Positions 34,518-43,408 are shown, counted from the first letter of the stretch. The stretch is 64,000 bases of DNA from an uncultured Verrucomicrobiales bacterium (GCA_903927905.1 CAIYOY010000145.1:3871-67870), one strand, 5' to 3'. The notes: generated by a model from the letters alone, not told the origin. Translations and numbers: made by a program.

Positions 34518-35297
34518 TTGAAATTCGAATGTCACAACTCTATAGATGGACGGTCGCTCATTGGCCGGTGGTTTTTAAGTCTTCGTTGGGTGTCCTCCAT
34601 TTTTCTCCTGACGGGGTTGTTTGCCACGAGCTCATCATCGGCAGCGACCTGGCAGGAGGAATTTGCCCGGATGCCGCTGGGGGAAGTGACGGAATTGGGG
34701 CAAAGCAATTGCATCAAAACCATGCTGGGGGCGTTTCAGAGGAATGCAGCGGTCAAGGCCATCATTTTCATGCCGGGTTGCACGGATGAATTTAATTTTT
34801 TCCATCGGGCTCATGCGAAGTTGACGAACCCCTCCCCCACCATGCTGGATGCGGTCGTGGCCCTGACCAACCAAACGCTGATCCGCGCCACGGTGCGGCC
34901 GCCGTTTTTGTTGCTGCACACGGCGGAGGATCCGTTGGAACCGCTCGGCATCATCCAAGATGAGGCGACGGCGAACCGCATCCGCAAGAAGAAGTTTGAC
35001 AAGGAGGTGCGTTACTTCGACAAAGATTGGGATTTTTTGCTCCCCATCCTGCGATTTGACTTGGACACCAAGATGCTCCCGGCCGGCCATGTTCATGCCA
35101 GCAACCATTTTTTCCGGCACAGTTTTGCGGCTTATGATTTGACCGCCTATGAGGCGCTGGAGGCGATTTCCATGGCGGGCAAGACGACCTTTACCATCCA
35201 AAAGAGAAAGGTGTTGTTTGAAGGAGACAAGCGGTTTCTGGGCAAGCCGCCGACGCCGCCTAATTTCCTGCTGCCCGATGGCAAGGTGCCGCAATAG
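34518..35297 (+). CDS. Hypothetical secreted protein (first gene of the YHYH / MbnPH-like cluster)
   Basis: The start is TTG per the ORF track. It has a signal-like segment (WFLSLRWVSSIFLLTGLFATSSSSAA). I recognised no family. It ends 48 nt upstream of the next gene on the same strand. Confidence 0.45.
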   Translation: MKFECHNSIDGRSLIGRWFLSLRWVSSIFLLTGLFATSSSSAATWQEEFARMPLGEVTELGQSNCIKTMLGAFQRNAAVKAIIFMPGCTDEFNFFHRAHAKLTNPSPTMLDAVVALTNQTLIRATVRPPFLLLHTAEDPLEPLGIIQDEATANRIRKKKFDKEVRYFDKDWDFLLPILRFDLDTKMLPAGHVHASNHFFRHSFAAYDLTAYEALEAISMAGKTTFTIQKRKVLFEGDKRFLGKPPTPPNFLLPDGKVPQ

Positions 35298-35345
35298 TTT
35301 GCGGCCTTCATCTTGTCTTAAGGTTGGCTGGGATAATTTTACGCC

Positions 35346-37094
35346 ATGAAAACGCAAATTAGAAAATATTTGGGCCTTGTTTTGATGGCATGTGCCATCC
35401 AATTGGCTGGAGATCTTCAAGCCGATCCGTTAATCACATCGTGGTTCACGACGTACTCGGGCAAATACGCGCGGCTTTATACCACCACGGCGAACCAGAC
35501 GGCCGGCACCTCGGTGTCCACTTGGAGCCAGGGCGCGGGTGTGCAAACGAGCCCGGCTTATTGCGGTGTGCAGGAAGTGGATTCTTCGACGAGCTGGGTT
35601 TATATCCGCTCTTCCGGTCTCGGCTCGCACATCATGGGGCCGTGGTATTTGGATGCGCAAAAAACGCAGCTCTTTCCCAATTATCCGGCAAATACCAAAA
35701 CGTTGTATCGCTTTCCGCGGACGCCGGTGATCGCGACGAATACGCTGACGTCCCTTGGCGTGGTGGGTTATTTTGTGGATGGCGCGGCGATGTATGACGG
35801 ACGCGATTCGTATTTTTGGAACGGGACGACGGAAACGAACCAGGGGACGGGCTATTGGGATCGCGATGCTTATACGAATGAGTTTCCGAGTTTCGACCCA
35901 AATTATGCGCATCAAGACCAGTCGGCCACGTATCATTATCATGTTGATCCGCTGGCACTGAGGTATCTCATGGGGGACAACATTTTGTTTAATTCTGCGG
36001 CCAAGACTTACAAGGAAAACACGACCAACGCGACGCCCAAACATTCGCCGATTTTGGGCTGGGCAAAGGACGGATATCCGATGTACGGGCCTTATGGCTA
36101 TTCCTCGGCCATGAATTCCAACAGCACGGTGCGCCGGATGATCTCCGGCTATCAACTACGCAACGGCCAAAACGGGACGGACAATCTGACTTCTTCCCGG
36201 GCCACTATTCCGGCCTGGGCGGCGCGAGCCTATAATGTTTCCACCAATCAAACCGGGCCGGCGGTCAGCACGACTTATTTTTTGGGGCGTTACATGCAGG
36301 ATTACGCCTATCTCGGTGACGTGGGCAAAACGCAGGGGGTGGATTTCGACCTGAACGAATTCAATGTCCGTTTTTGCGTGACGCCGGATTATCCCAACGG
36401 CACATGGGCTTATTTCGAGTGCATCACCTCCAACGGCCTGCCGCAGTTTCCTTATCAAGTGCCACGCCGGTTTTTCGGCAATCCGACCGGGACGAATTTG
36501 ACCGGCATCACGGAAACGGTCACGACCAATTTTATCGGCGGGGCGAATTCAGTGATTGAAGCAACCCAGCCGAAGATCACCAACAACACGGTGACGTTGT
36601 CGTGGAGTTCGGTGGATGGTGGGACGTATCAAGTAGTTTCTTCCACGAACACGACGAGTTGGAACAGCAAGGCAACCAATCTTGCTTCGCAGGGAACGAC
36701 GACGGCTTTCAGCGCGGCGGCTAATACCAATTTCGAGTTTTTCACGGTGACGCGGACGGCGGTTTCAAATTATGACTCGGTGGTCAGTTCCGGCTACGGC
36801 ATCACCAGTGTTTCGCCCACTTCAGCGAACCGGAATACGACGTTTACGTTGACGATCAATATCAGTTCATCGGTGAACGCGCCGCCGCAGTCTGCACCGA
36901 TCAGCAGCGTGACCCTGGGCTCGATCACCGCCACCAGTTCCACGCATGTCAGCGCGACGCAGGTGACGGCGAGTTTTACCATTCCCTCGAATGCCACCAC
37001 GGGATGGCAAACGGTGACGGTCACGTTTCCGGGGCCACCGACCAATATGGCGGCGACGGTGAGTTACACGTATAATAATTTCACGATTAATTGA
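35346..37094 (+). CDS. Secreted YHYH-motif domain protein with C-terminal Ig/fibronectin-like beta-sandwich domains
   Basis: It has a signal peptide (MKTQIRKYLGLVLMACAIQLAG). Motifs are AHQDQSATYHYHVDP, ILGWAKDGYPMYGPYGY and NEFNVRFCVTPDYPNGTWAYF. The C-terminal TVTLSWSSVDGGTYQVVSS... module is followed by a Thr/Ser-rich Ig-like domain. Confidence 0.75.
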   Translation: MKTQIRKYLGLVLMACAIQLAGDLQADPLITSWFTTYSGKYARLYTTTANQTAGTSVSTWSQGAGVQTSPAYCGVQEVDSSTSWVYIRSSGLGSHIMGPWYLDAQKTQLFPNYPANTKTLYRFPRTPVIATNTLTSLGVVGYFVDGAAMYDGRDSYFWNGTTETNQGTGYWDRDAYTNEFPSFDPNYAHQDQSATYHYHVDPLALRYLMGDNILFNSAAKTYKENTTNATPKHSPILGWAKDGYPMYGPYGYSSAMNSNSTVRRMISGYQLRNGQNGTDNLTSSRATIPAWAARAYNVSTNQTGPAVSTTYFLGRYMQDYAYLGDVGKTQGVDFDLNEFNVRFCVTPDYPNGTWAYFECITSNGLPQFPYQVPRRFFGNPTGTNLTGITETVTTNFIGGANSVIEATQPKITNNTVTLSWSSVDGGTYQVVSSTNTTSWNSKATNLASQGTTTAFSAAANTNFEFFTVTRTAVSNYDSVVSSGYGITSVSPTSANRNTTFTLTINISSSVNAPPQSAPISSVTLGSITATSSTHVSATQVTASFTIPSNATTGWQTVTVTFPGPPTNMAATVSYTYNNFTIN

Positions 37095-37260
37095 CGTTGA
37101 AAAATTCAAAGTTCAAAGTTCAAATCCCAAGGAAACTTCAAACTCCAAACTCCAAAATGGCGCTCGGAAGGATCGGGCGCTTTGGGGGTGGATTTTGGAA
37201 TTTCTTTGGAATTTGGATGTTGGGATTTGGAGTTTCCCTTTCAGCATTTGGAGTTTCTCT
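37095..37260. repeat. TTCAAAG/CTCCAAA simple-repeat element with imperfect inverted symmetry
   Basis: aaattcaaagttcaaagttcaaatcccaagg...cttcaaactccaaactccaaaat faces attttggaatttctttggaatttgg...gggatttggagttt...atttggagttt. A related gttcaaagttcaaagtttaaaattcaaagtt lies at 55024-55053. Confidence 0.75.
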
Positions 37261-38941
37261 CCAAGTCAACATTTCTGCCACCCACACCGCCACTCCGCTA
37301 ACCTTCGAGTCGCTTTCATTGACCAACGGAACGGGACAAAAATTTTCCGTCACGCGTTTGGATTTTTTGCTCTCGGATTTCGCCCTGCAACGGAGCGATG
37401 GCGTGTGGCTGGAACAGACCAACTGGCAGGCGTTTCTAAGCCTGGCGGACAAGCGGTCGAGTTTTTCGGTCGCGGGGATTCCGCCCGAGTCCTATCAGCG
37501 CATCCGATTTCACGTGGGTCTGCGTCCAGAATTGAATCATTCGGACATCACCAAATATCCGCCGGATCATGCGCTCAATCCGAACCTGAACGGACTGCAT
37601 TGGGGCTGGGCGGGCGGTTATATTTTCTTTGCGGCGGAGGGTCGCTGGCGCGGGACGGATGGCAAGCTGGGTGGATTTTCTTATCATCTGGCCAATGACG
37701 AGATGTTGATGACGGTGGAATTGCCGACGGCGCTGGCATTGGAGAATGATCAATCAATGGAACTTGCGCTCGATTTGACCAAATTTTTCACCCACCGATT
37801 CGCGCAGGATGATTCTTCGACTCATTCGCGCAAAGGAGATGCGCTGGCGGCGATCTTGCGAGGCGAAATCGAGAAAGGATTTTCGGTGAAGGAAGTGACG
37901 GACACGCTGAAGCGTGAACACCAACAACTGGCCAAGGGCGTCCTCGTTTCCCCTAACGCGCATCCGTATCGCTTTTCGTTTTCCGCCACGTTTCCGATGC
38001 CGGAGTTGCCCAGGGACAATCCATTGACGGAAGAGGGCGTTGAACTGGGCCATAAATTGTTTGGCGAGAAAATGCTTTCGATCAATGGGCGGCAATCGTG
38101 CGCGTCTTGTCATCGGGCGGAATCGGCGTTTTCCGATCCGGGCAAACAATTCGCCACCGGTGCCGAAGGGAAAATTGGCACGCGCAATGGGATGCCGATT
38201 TTTAACATGGCGTGGAAGCGGTCGTTTTTCTGGGATGGACGCGCCGCCACGGTGCGGGAGCAGGCCTTGCAACCGATCCAAAATCCGATTGAGATGCACG
38301 AGAATCTGGATCGGGTCGTCAGCAAACTTTCCAAAGACGCAAATTATCGCGAAATGTTTGCGCGGGCATTTGGTTCGACTGAAGTTTCCGCTGATCGCGT
38401 TGCCCGGGCGTTGGAACAATTTGTCCTGACGCGGATCTCCTGTAATTCGAAATTTGACCGCGCCTTGCAAGGCCAGGAAAAACTGACCGAGCAGGAAAAG
38501 CGCGGCTTTGAATTGTTCGTCACGGAATATGATCCGCGACGCGAACAATACGGCGCGGATTGTTTTCATTGCCACGGCGGGCCGTTGTTCCAGAGCCAGA
38601 GTTTTGCCAATAACGGTTTGGATGCGACGTTTTCGGATGTGGGTCGTTCAGCGGTCACCGGAAAGGATTATGATCAGGGAAAATTTTCCGTGCCTTCGTT
38701 GCGCAACGTGGCTTTGACTGGCCCTTACATGCACGACGGACGTTTCAAAACTTTGGAAGAAGTGGTGGAACACTACTCCACCGGCATGAAACGCAGCGCG
38801 ACGCTCGATCCCAACCTCGCCAAGCATCCCGATGGCGGGGTGCCGTTGAGCGCAGCCGATAAAAAAGCGCTGGTCGCGTTCCTGAAAACTTTGACGGACA
38901 GCCAATATCAGTCCACTCTGGCTGCCAACAAACCCGAATAA
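37157..38941 (+). CDS. Fusion of an MbnP-like domain (N-terminal ~250 aa) and a di-haem cytochrome c peroxidase of the MauG/MbnH type (C-terminal ~330 aa)
   Basis: The N-half has VTRLDFLLSDFAL, FHVGLRPELNHSD and LNGLHWGWAGGYIFFAAEG (MbnP-family pattern). The C-half has two haem sites (SCASCHRAE and DCFHCHGG) plus WDGRA, LQPIQNPIEMH and SVPSLRNVALTGPYMHDGRF. The start is uncertain: the ORF is open from 37091, with ATGs at 37157 and 37217. Confidence 0.75.
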   Translation: MALGRIGRFGGGFWNFFGIWMLGFGVSLSAFGVSLQVNISATHTATPLTFESLSLTNGTGQKFSVTRLDFLLSDFALQRSDGVWLEQTNWQAFLSLADKRSSFSVAGIPPESYQRIRFHVGLRPELNHSDITKYPPDHALNPNLNGLHWGWAGGYIFFAAEGRWRGTDGKLGGFSYHLANDEMLMTVELPTALALENDQSMELALDLTKFFTHRFAQDDSSTHSRKGDALAAILRGEIEKGFSVKEVTDTLKREHQQLAKGVLVSPNAHPYRFSFSATFPMPELPRDNPLTEEGVELGHKLFGEKMLSINGRQSCASCHRAESAFSDPGKQFATGAEGKIGTRNGMPIFNMAWKRSFFWDGRAATVREQALQPIQNPIEMHENLDRVVSKLSKDANYREMFARAFGSTEVSADRVARALEQFVLTRISCNSKFDRALQGQEKLTEQEKRGFELFVTEYDPRREQYGADCFHCHGGPLFQSQSFANNGLDATFSDVGRSAVTGKDYDQGKFSVPSLRNVALTGPYMHDGRFKTLEEVVEHYSTGMKRSATLDPNLAKHPDGGVPLSAADKKALVAFLKTLTDSQYQSTLAANKPE

Positions 38942-38950
38942 AAATTTAAA

Positions 38951-40066
38951 ATGCAAAAACCCATCGTCGCCCTCGGGGCCATCGTTCTCGTCCTCTCTGT
39001 TTCCGCTCAACCCCCCGGTGGCGGCCCGCCGGGCGGCGGTTTTGGCCGGCAGAATTTTGGCCAGCGTTATACCGGGCCATTGACCAATTACGTTTCCATG
39101 ACCACGAACGGCGCGTATCGGGTCATCCAGGCCAACGGCATTCCCGATCATCCGCCGGGCCAATTTCCCAATGCGCATAATCCGAATTCCATTTCGCCGC
39201 AACGTTACTACTACAAGGTGCCGCTGCATCCACGCATCGCCGTGCAGGAAACCAAATTGCGGATGCAGCCGTTTGGCATTGCGGTAAACGGCGTGGTTTT
39301 TGATCCGGGCGCGGCCGAATGGTGGAATCGCGACCAGAGTTCCGGCTGGCAATATGAGCCGTTCAACATGCCGGGGAAACTGGGGTTGGACGAATACAAC
39401 GCGCACGTTCAGCCGAACGGCGCGTATCATTATCATGCGATCCCGGCGGGTTTGATGACCAAGCTTGGCGGCCAGTCGAAGATGGTGATTTTGGGCTGGG
39501 CGGCGGACGGGTTTCCGATGTACGGGCCGATGTGTTCTGCGGACGCGAAGAATCCACAGAGCCGGTTGAAGAAAATGACTTCTAGTTACCGGGTCAAGAA
39601 GGGAGCCAGGAACGGCGCGCCGGGCGGAAATTATGACGGCACGTTTTTGGCCGATTTCGAATATATCAAAGGAGCCGGTGATCTGGACGAATGCAACGGC
39701 CGCTTTGGCCCGACACCGGATTTTCCTGCGGGCACTTATTATTATGTACTGACGGAAGATTATCCATTTGTTCCACGCATTTTCAAAGGGATGCCGGATG
39801 CCAGTTTTGAGCGACGCGGCCCGCCGGGCGGATTTGGCGGGCGCGGCCCGGGCCAGGGTCAAGGTCGGCAGCAAGGTCCTCCCGGTGAAGGACGGAACGG
39901 TCCGCCGCAGGGCCAACAGGGCGGTTTTGATCAAGGCCGCGATGGCGGGCCACAAGGACGGGGAAACACCGGCAGAAACGGCCCACCGCCATCACAAGGA
40001 CAACAAGGTTTCGATCGAAACCAACAAGGCGGAAATCCGCCGGGGCCGCCACAGGATAATCAGTAA
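38951..40066 (+). CDS. Secreted YHYH-motif domain protein with Gly/Pro/Gln-rich low-complexity termini
   Basis: It has a signal peptide (MQKPIVALGAIVLVLSVSA). Motifs are AHVQPNGAYHYHAIP, ILGWAADGFPMYGP and DECNGRFGPTPDFPAGTYYY. The C-terminal ~85 aa are GPPGG/GQQG-type low complexity. Confidence 0.75.
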   Translation: MQKPIVALGAIVLVLSVSAQPPGGGPPGGGFGRQNFGQRYTGPLTNYVSMTTNGAYRVIQANGIPDHPPGQFPNAHNPNSISPQRYYYKVPLHPRIAVQETKLRMQPFGIAVNGVVFDPGAAEWWNRDQSSGWQYEPFNMPGKLGLDEYNAHVQPNGAYHYHAIPAGLMTKLGGQSKMVILGWAADGFPMYGPMCSADAKNPQSRLKKMTSSYRVKKGARNGAPGGNYDGTFLADFEYIKGAGDLDECNGRFGPTPDFPAGTYYYVLTEDYPFVPRIFKGMPDASFERRGPPGGFGGRGPGQGQGRQQGPPGEGRNGPPQGQQGGFDQGRDGGPQGRGNTGRNGPPPSQGQQGFDRNQQGGNPPGPPQDNQ

Positions 40067-40296
40067 AATTTATTGCAAACACAGGTATCGGACTTTTCTT
40101 TAACAATATGAATAAGCAACAAATCGCACCGATTCTGAAAGCCATGCCAAGTTAGTTCCCAAACGAAAGAAGCAATCAAGAATGGACGAGGGCCATCACT
40201 TTGATCGCACCCGCCATCCTTCTAGCGATTGACACAAGGGCCGAGCCATTCATAATTCTGGCCTTTTCCAAAGCGTTCCTCTTTACTTTCGCCCGA

Positions 40297-42468
40297 ATGA
40301 ATACGGCCGAAAAAAACTGGCTGCAAATACTTAAACAGTATTTTGGTTTCAGTTCCTTTCGTCCACTGCAAGCGGAGATCATCCGCGATGCGCTGAATGG
40401 GAAAGACACTTTTGTGCTGCTGCCGACCGGGGGCGGAAAATCTCTTTGCTTCCAATTGCCGGCGCTGATCCGGCCTGGACTGACGGTGGTGGTTTCACCG
40501 TTGATCGCGCTGATGAAGGATCAGGTGGATGCGTTGCAGGCCAGCGGCGTAGCGGCGACGTTTCTGAATTCTTCCCTCGGCACAGTTGAGGCGCGGCATC
40601 GCATCCAAGGATTAAGGAATGGCGAGTATCGTTTGCTTTATGTCGCGCCGGAACGGTTGATGATTGCCGGTTTTTTGGAAGATCTGAAACTCTGGGGCGT
40701 AAATCTGATCGCGGTGGATGAAGCGCATTGCATCAGCGAATGGGGGCATGATTTCCGTCCGGAATATCGGCAGCTTTCCGATTTGCGCGCGCATTTTCCC
40801 GGAGTTCCAGTGATGGCGCTCACGGCCACCGCGACCACGCGCGTGCGCGAGGATATCGTGAATCTTCTCCGTCTGCATGAGCCAAGCCGGTTTGTGGCCA
40901 GTTTCAACCGGCCAAATTTGACTTATCGTGTTCTCGGCAAAAGCGGCGCTTACGACCAGATTTACGCCTATGTGCGCGCCCGTCCGCGCGAGAGCGGCAT
41001 CGTTTATTGTTCGAGCCGGGCCAGCACCGAAACTCTGGCCGCGCGCCTGAACGATAATGGCATCCCCGCCCGCGCCTATCACGCCGGATTGGAAAAGGAG
41101 GAGCGTTCCACAAATCAGGAAGCCTTCCTGCGTGACGAGGTGCGGGTGATTTGCGCCACGATTGCTTTCGGCATGGGCATCAACAAACCGAACGTGCGGT
41201 TTGTCATTCACCATGATCTGGCGAAAAATATTGAAGGCTACTATCAGGAAACGGGGCGGGCTGGACGTGACGGATTGCCCAGCGATTGCATCCTGCTCTT
41301 CAGCGCGGGTGACGCGGTTAAACATGGACGGTTCATTGATGAAAAGCCCGACGAACAAGAGCGTCAGATTGCGCGCGAGCAACTGCAACAAATCATTCAT
41401 TACGCGGAGAGCAGCGAATGCCGGCGGGCGACTTTGTTGCAATATTTCGGCGAGGATTTTAATGAACAATGCGGGGCGTGTGATAATTGCCTCTCGCCAC
41501 GCGACACGTACGATGGGACGACTGATGCCCAGAAATTTCTTTCCTGCATTTATCGCGTCCAGGAAAAGAGCCGTTGCGATTTCGGCCTCAACCAGATCGT
41601 CGAAGTCTTGACCGGGGCCAACACGGAAGGCGTACGCAAGTGGGACCATGCGTCCCTCTCGACTTACGGAATCGGCAAAGAATGGGGCCGGAATGAATGG
41701 AAAGTCATCGGCCGCGAACTGGTCCGTCTCGGTTACGTCCGGCAAATCGCGGAAAAATTTAATGTCCTGCAACTGACGCCTGAAGGCCGAGCCGTCTTGC
41801 GCGAGCGAAAGAAGGTCACCTTGACCAAGCCTTTGGCTGCGCCCGAAGCCCGCCAGAAAGCTCCGCGCGCCGGAGAAATCACCTGCGACGAAACGTTGTT
41901 CGAGCGTTTACGCCTGTTGCGCAAGAAGTTGGCCGACGAACGCAACGTGCCTGCTTACATTGTCCTTTCCGATGTGAGCTTGCGGCAAATGGCGCGTTCT
42001 TATCCGACGAACGACCAAGAAATTGCCCGCATCAGCGGCGTGGGTGAAGCCAAACGTAAAGAATTCGGTGCTGCGTTCCTGGCCGAAATCGCCGATTATT
42101 TACAAACGTATCCGCGCCAGATTTTTGCCGACGATTCGTTCGTGCCGCCGCCCAAACCCGTCATAAGTGATTCAGCGCACGCCAGCATGAGTTTTTTCAA
42201 AGCGGGTGAATCGGTTGAGCAGATTTCCGAAAAGCGCGGTTTCACCGTCGGCACGATTTGCGGTCATCTGGCGTCCATCGTGGAAACTGGCGCTGAGATT
42301 GATTTGCGGCGGCTTATTAGCGAGGAAGAAGAAAAGCAAATTGCCGCCGCTTTTGCCAAATGTGGATTTGGCGATATTGGCGGAGTCAAAGAACATTTGG
42401 GCCATCGCTTTGAGTATGGCTTGTTGAAAATTTATCGGGCAATTACTCTAAGAAGACAGGGTTTGTGA
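40297..42468 (+). CDS. recQ: ATP-dependent DNA helicase RecQ
   Basis: FRPLQAEII, PTGGGKSLCFQLPA, AVDEAHCISEWGHDFRPEY and LTATAT. The Zn module is CRRATLLQYFGE..CGACDNC. The HRDC region is LFERLRLLRKKLADERNVPAYIVLSDVSL, and there is an extra C-terminal helical domain. Confidence 0.93.
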   Translation: MNTAEKNWLQILKQYFGFSSFRPLQAEIIRDALNGKDTFVLLPTGGGKSLCFQLPALIRPGLTVVVSPLIALMKDQVDALQASGVAATFLNSSLGTVEARHRIQGLRNGEYRLLYVAPERLMIAGFLEDLKLWGVNLIAVDEAHCISEWGHDFRPEYRQLSDLRAHFPGVPVMALTATATTRVREDIVNLLRLHEPSRFVASFNRPNLTYRVLGKSGAYDQIYAYVRARPRESGIVYCSSRASTETLAARLNDNGIPARAYHAGLEKEERSTNQEAFLRDEVRVICATIAFGMGINKPNVRFVIHHDLAKNIEGYYQETGRAGRDGLPSDCILLFSAGDAVKHGRFIDEKPDEQERQIAREQLQQIIHYAESSECRRATLLQYFGEDFNEQCGACDNCLSPRDTYDGTTDAQKFLSCIYRVQEKSRCDFGLNQIVEVLTGANTEGVRKWDHASLSTYGIGKEWGRNEWKVIGRELVRLGYVRQIAEKFNVLQLTPEGRAVLRERKKVTLTKPLAAPEARQKAPRAGEITCDETLFERLRLLRKKLADERNVPAYIVLSDVSLRQMARSYPTNDQEIARISGVGEAKRKEFGAAFLAEIADYLQTYPRQIFADDSFVPPPKPVISDSAHASMSFFKAGESVEQISEKRGFTVGTICGHLASIVETGAEIDLRRLISEEEEKQIAAAFAKCGFGDIGGVKEHLGHRFEYGLLKIYRAITLRRQGL

Positions 42469-42487
42469 TAAGTTTGATGGAAGGCCG

Positions 42488-43408
42488 CTACGCTTTCTTC
42501 CACCCCTTGCGCTCATGCCCAAAAGTAAAAATCTGCGGGTGAAAAATTTCCGCCAGAATTTCCAATGACTCCACCAATCGCGGGCCGGGGCGGTTGAAGT
42601 ATTGGTTGCCGTCCACCAAGAAAACCTTGTTGGATTTAACCGCGCGCAGTTTGCGCCATTCCGGTTTCTGCTCCAGCACGGTCATTTCTTTCCGAACCCG
42701 CGCCAGATCGAAACCGCAGGGCATGAGAATAATGATGTCGGGATTTGCTTTCACCAGCGCCGACCATTCCATCCACGGCGAGTGTTTTCCGATTTCGCCG
42801 AAAAGATTTTTGCCGCCGGCAAATTCCACCAGTTCGGGCACCCAATTGCCCGCAGCCATGAGCGGGTCGAGCCATTCGACGCATACCACCGATGGTCGTT
42901 TGCTCATCATGCACGTTTTTTCAATGACGTTGACGACGCGATTTTTGAGCGCATTGACTACTTTTCGCCCTTCTTCGACCGCGCCCAAGGCATCGGCGAT
43001 GGTTTGAATATCTTTCCAGACATCGGCCAGGCGGGTCGGGGCGACGGAAATGATTTCGGGTTGAAGCCCCGCCATTTTTCCGAGGGCTTTTTCCAATTCA
43101 GTCACGCTGACGGCGCAGACCTCGCATTGCGATTGAGTCAATATAATATGCGGACGCAATTGTTCCAGGCGCGCGGTATCAATGTCGTAGATGGAAAGGG
43201 CCTGTTGCAGAAGCGATTTGACCTCGCGATCAATCTCGGCGCTGGAAGCATTGATATTGAGCCGGGCCTTGGTGCAGGCCGGGAGCGAGCTGATTTCCGG
43301 TGGAAAATCACATTCATGCGAACATCCGACCAGCAAATCGCCGCACCCGAGGGCGCAGACCATTTCCGTGCAGCTCGGCAGCAACGAGACAATTCGTTTT
43401 TTGCTCAC
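42488..43408 (-). CDS. Periplasmic-binding-protein-fold (BtuF/cobalamin- or siderophore-binding-like) protein
   Basis: KRIVSLLPSCTEMVCALGCGDLLVG, PHIILTQ, NPDIIILMPCG and VFLVDGNQYFNRPGPRLVESLEILA. I prefer the GTG start at 43408. The ORF is open to 43468. Confidence 0.7.
   Translation of the reverse strand: MSKKRIVSLLPSCTEMVCALGCGDLLVGCSHECDFPPEISSLPACTKARLNINASSAEIDREVKSLLQQALSIYDIDTARLEQLRPHIILTQSQCEVCAVSVTELEKALGKMAGLQPEIISVAPTRLADVWKDIQTIADALGAVEEGRKVVNALKNRVVNVIEKTCMMSKRPSVVCVEWLDPLMAAGNWVPELVEFAGGKNLFGEIGKHSPWMEWSALVKANPDIIILMPCGFDLARVRKEMTVLEQKPEWRKLRAVKSNKVFLVDGNQYFNRPGPRLVESLEILAEIFHPQIFTFGHERKGWKKA

Noticed and set aside
37100-37130. GTTCAAAG / GTTCAAAT strings that resemble tRNA T-arm sequences (also at 55024-55053).
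   Set aside because: They have no acceptor, D or anticodon arm context and are simple tandem repeats. I found no tRNA-like cloverleaf in any intergenic region.
38648-39955. A 435-aa minus-strand ORF, together with 37754-38575 (273 aa).
   Set aside because: Both are antisense to the MbnH-like and YHYH genes. They are R-rich and low-complexity, with no signal peptide or motifs.
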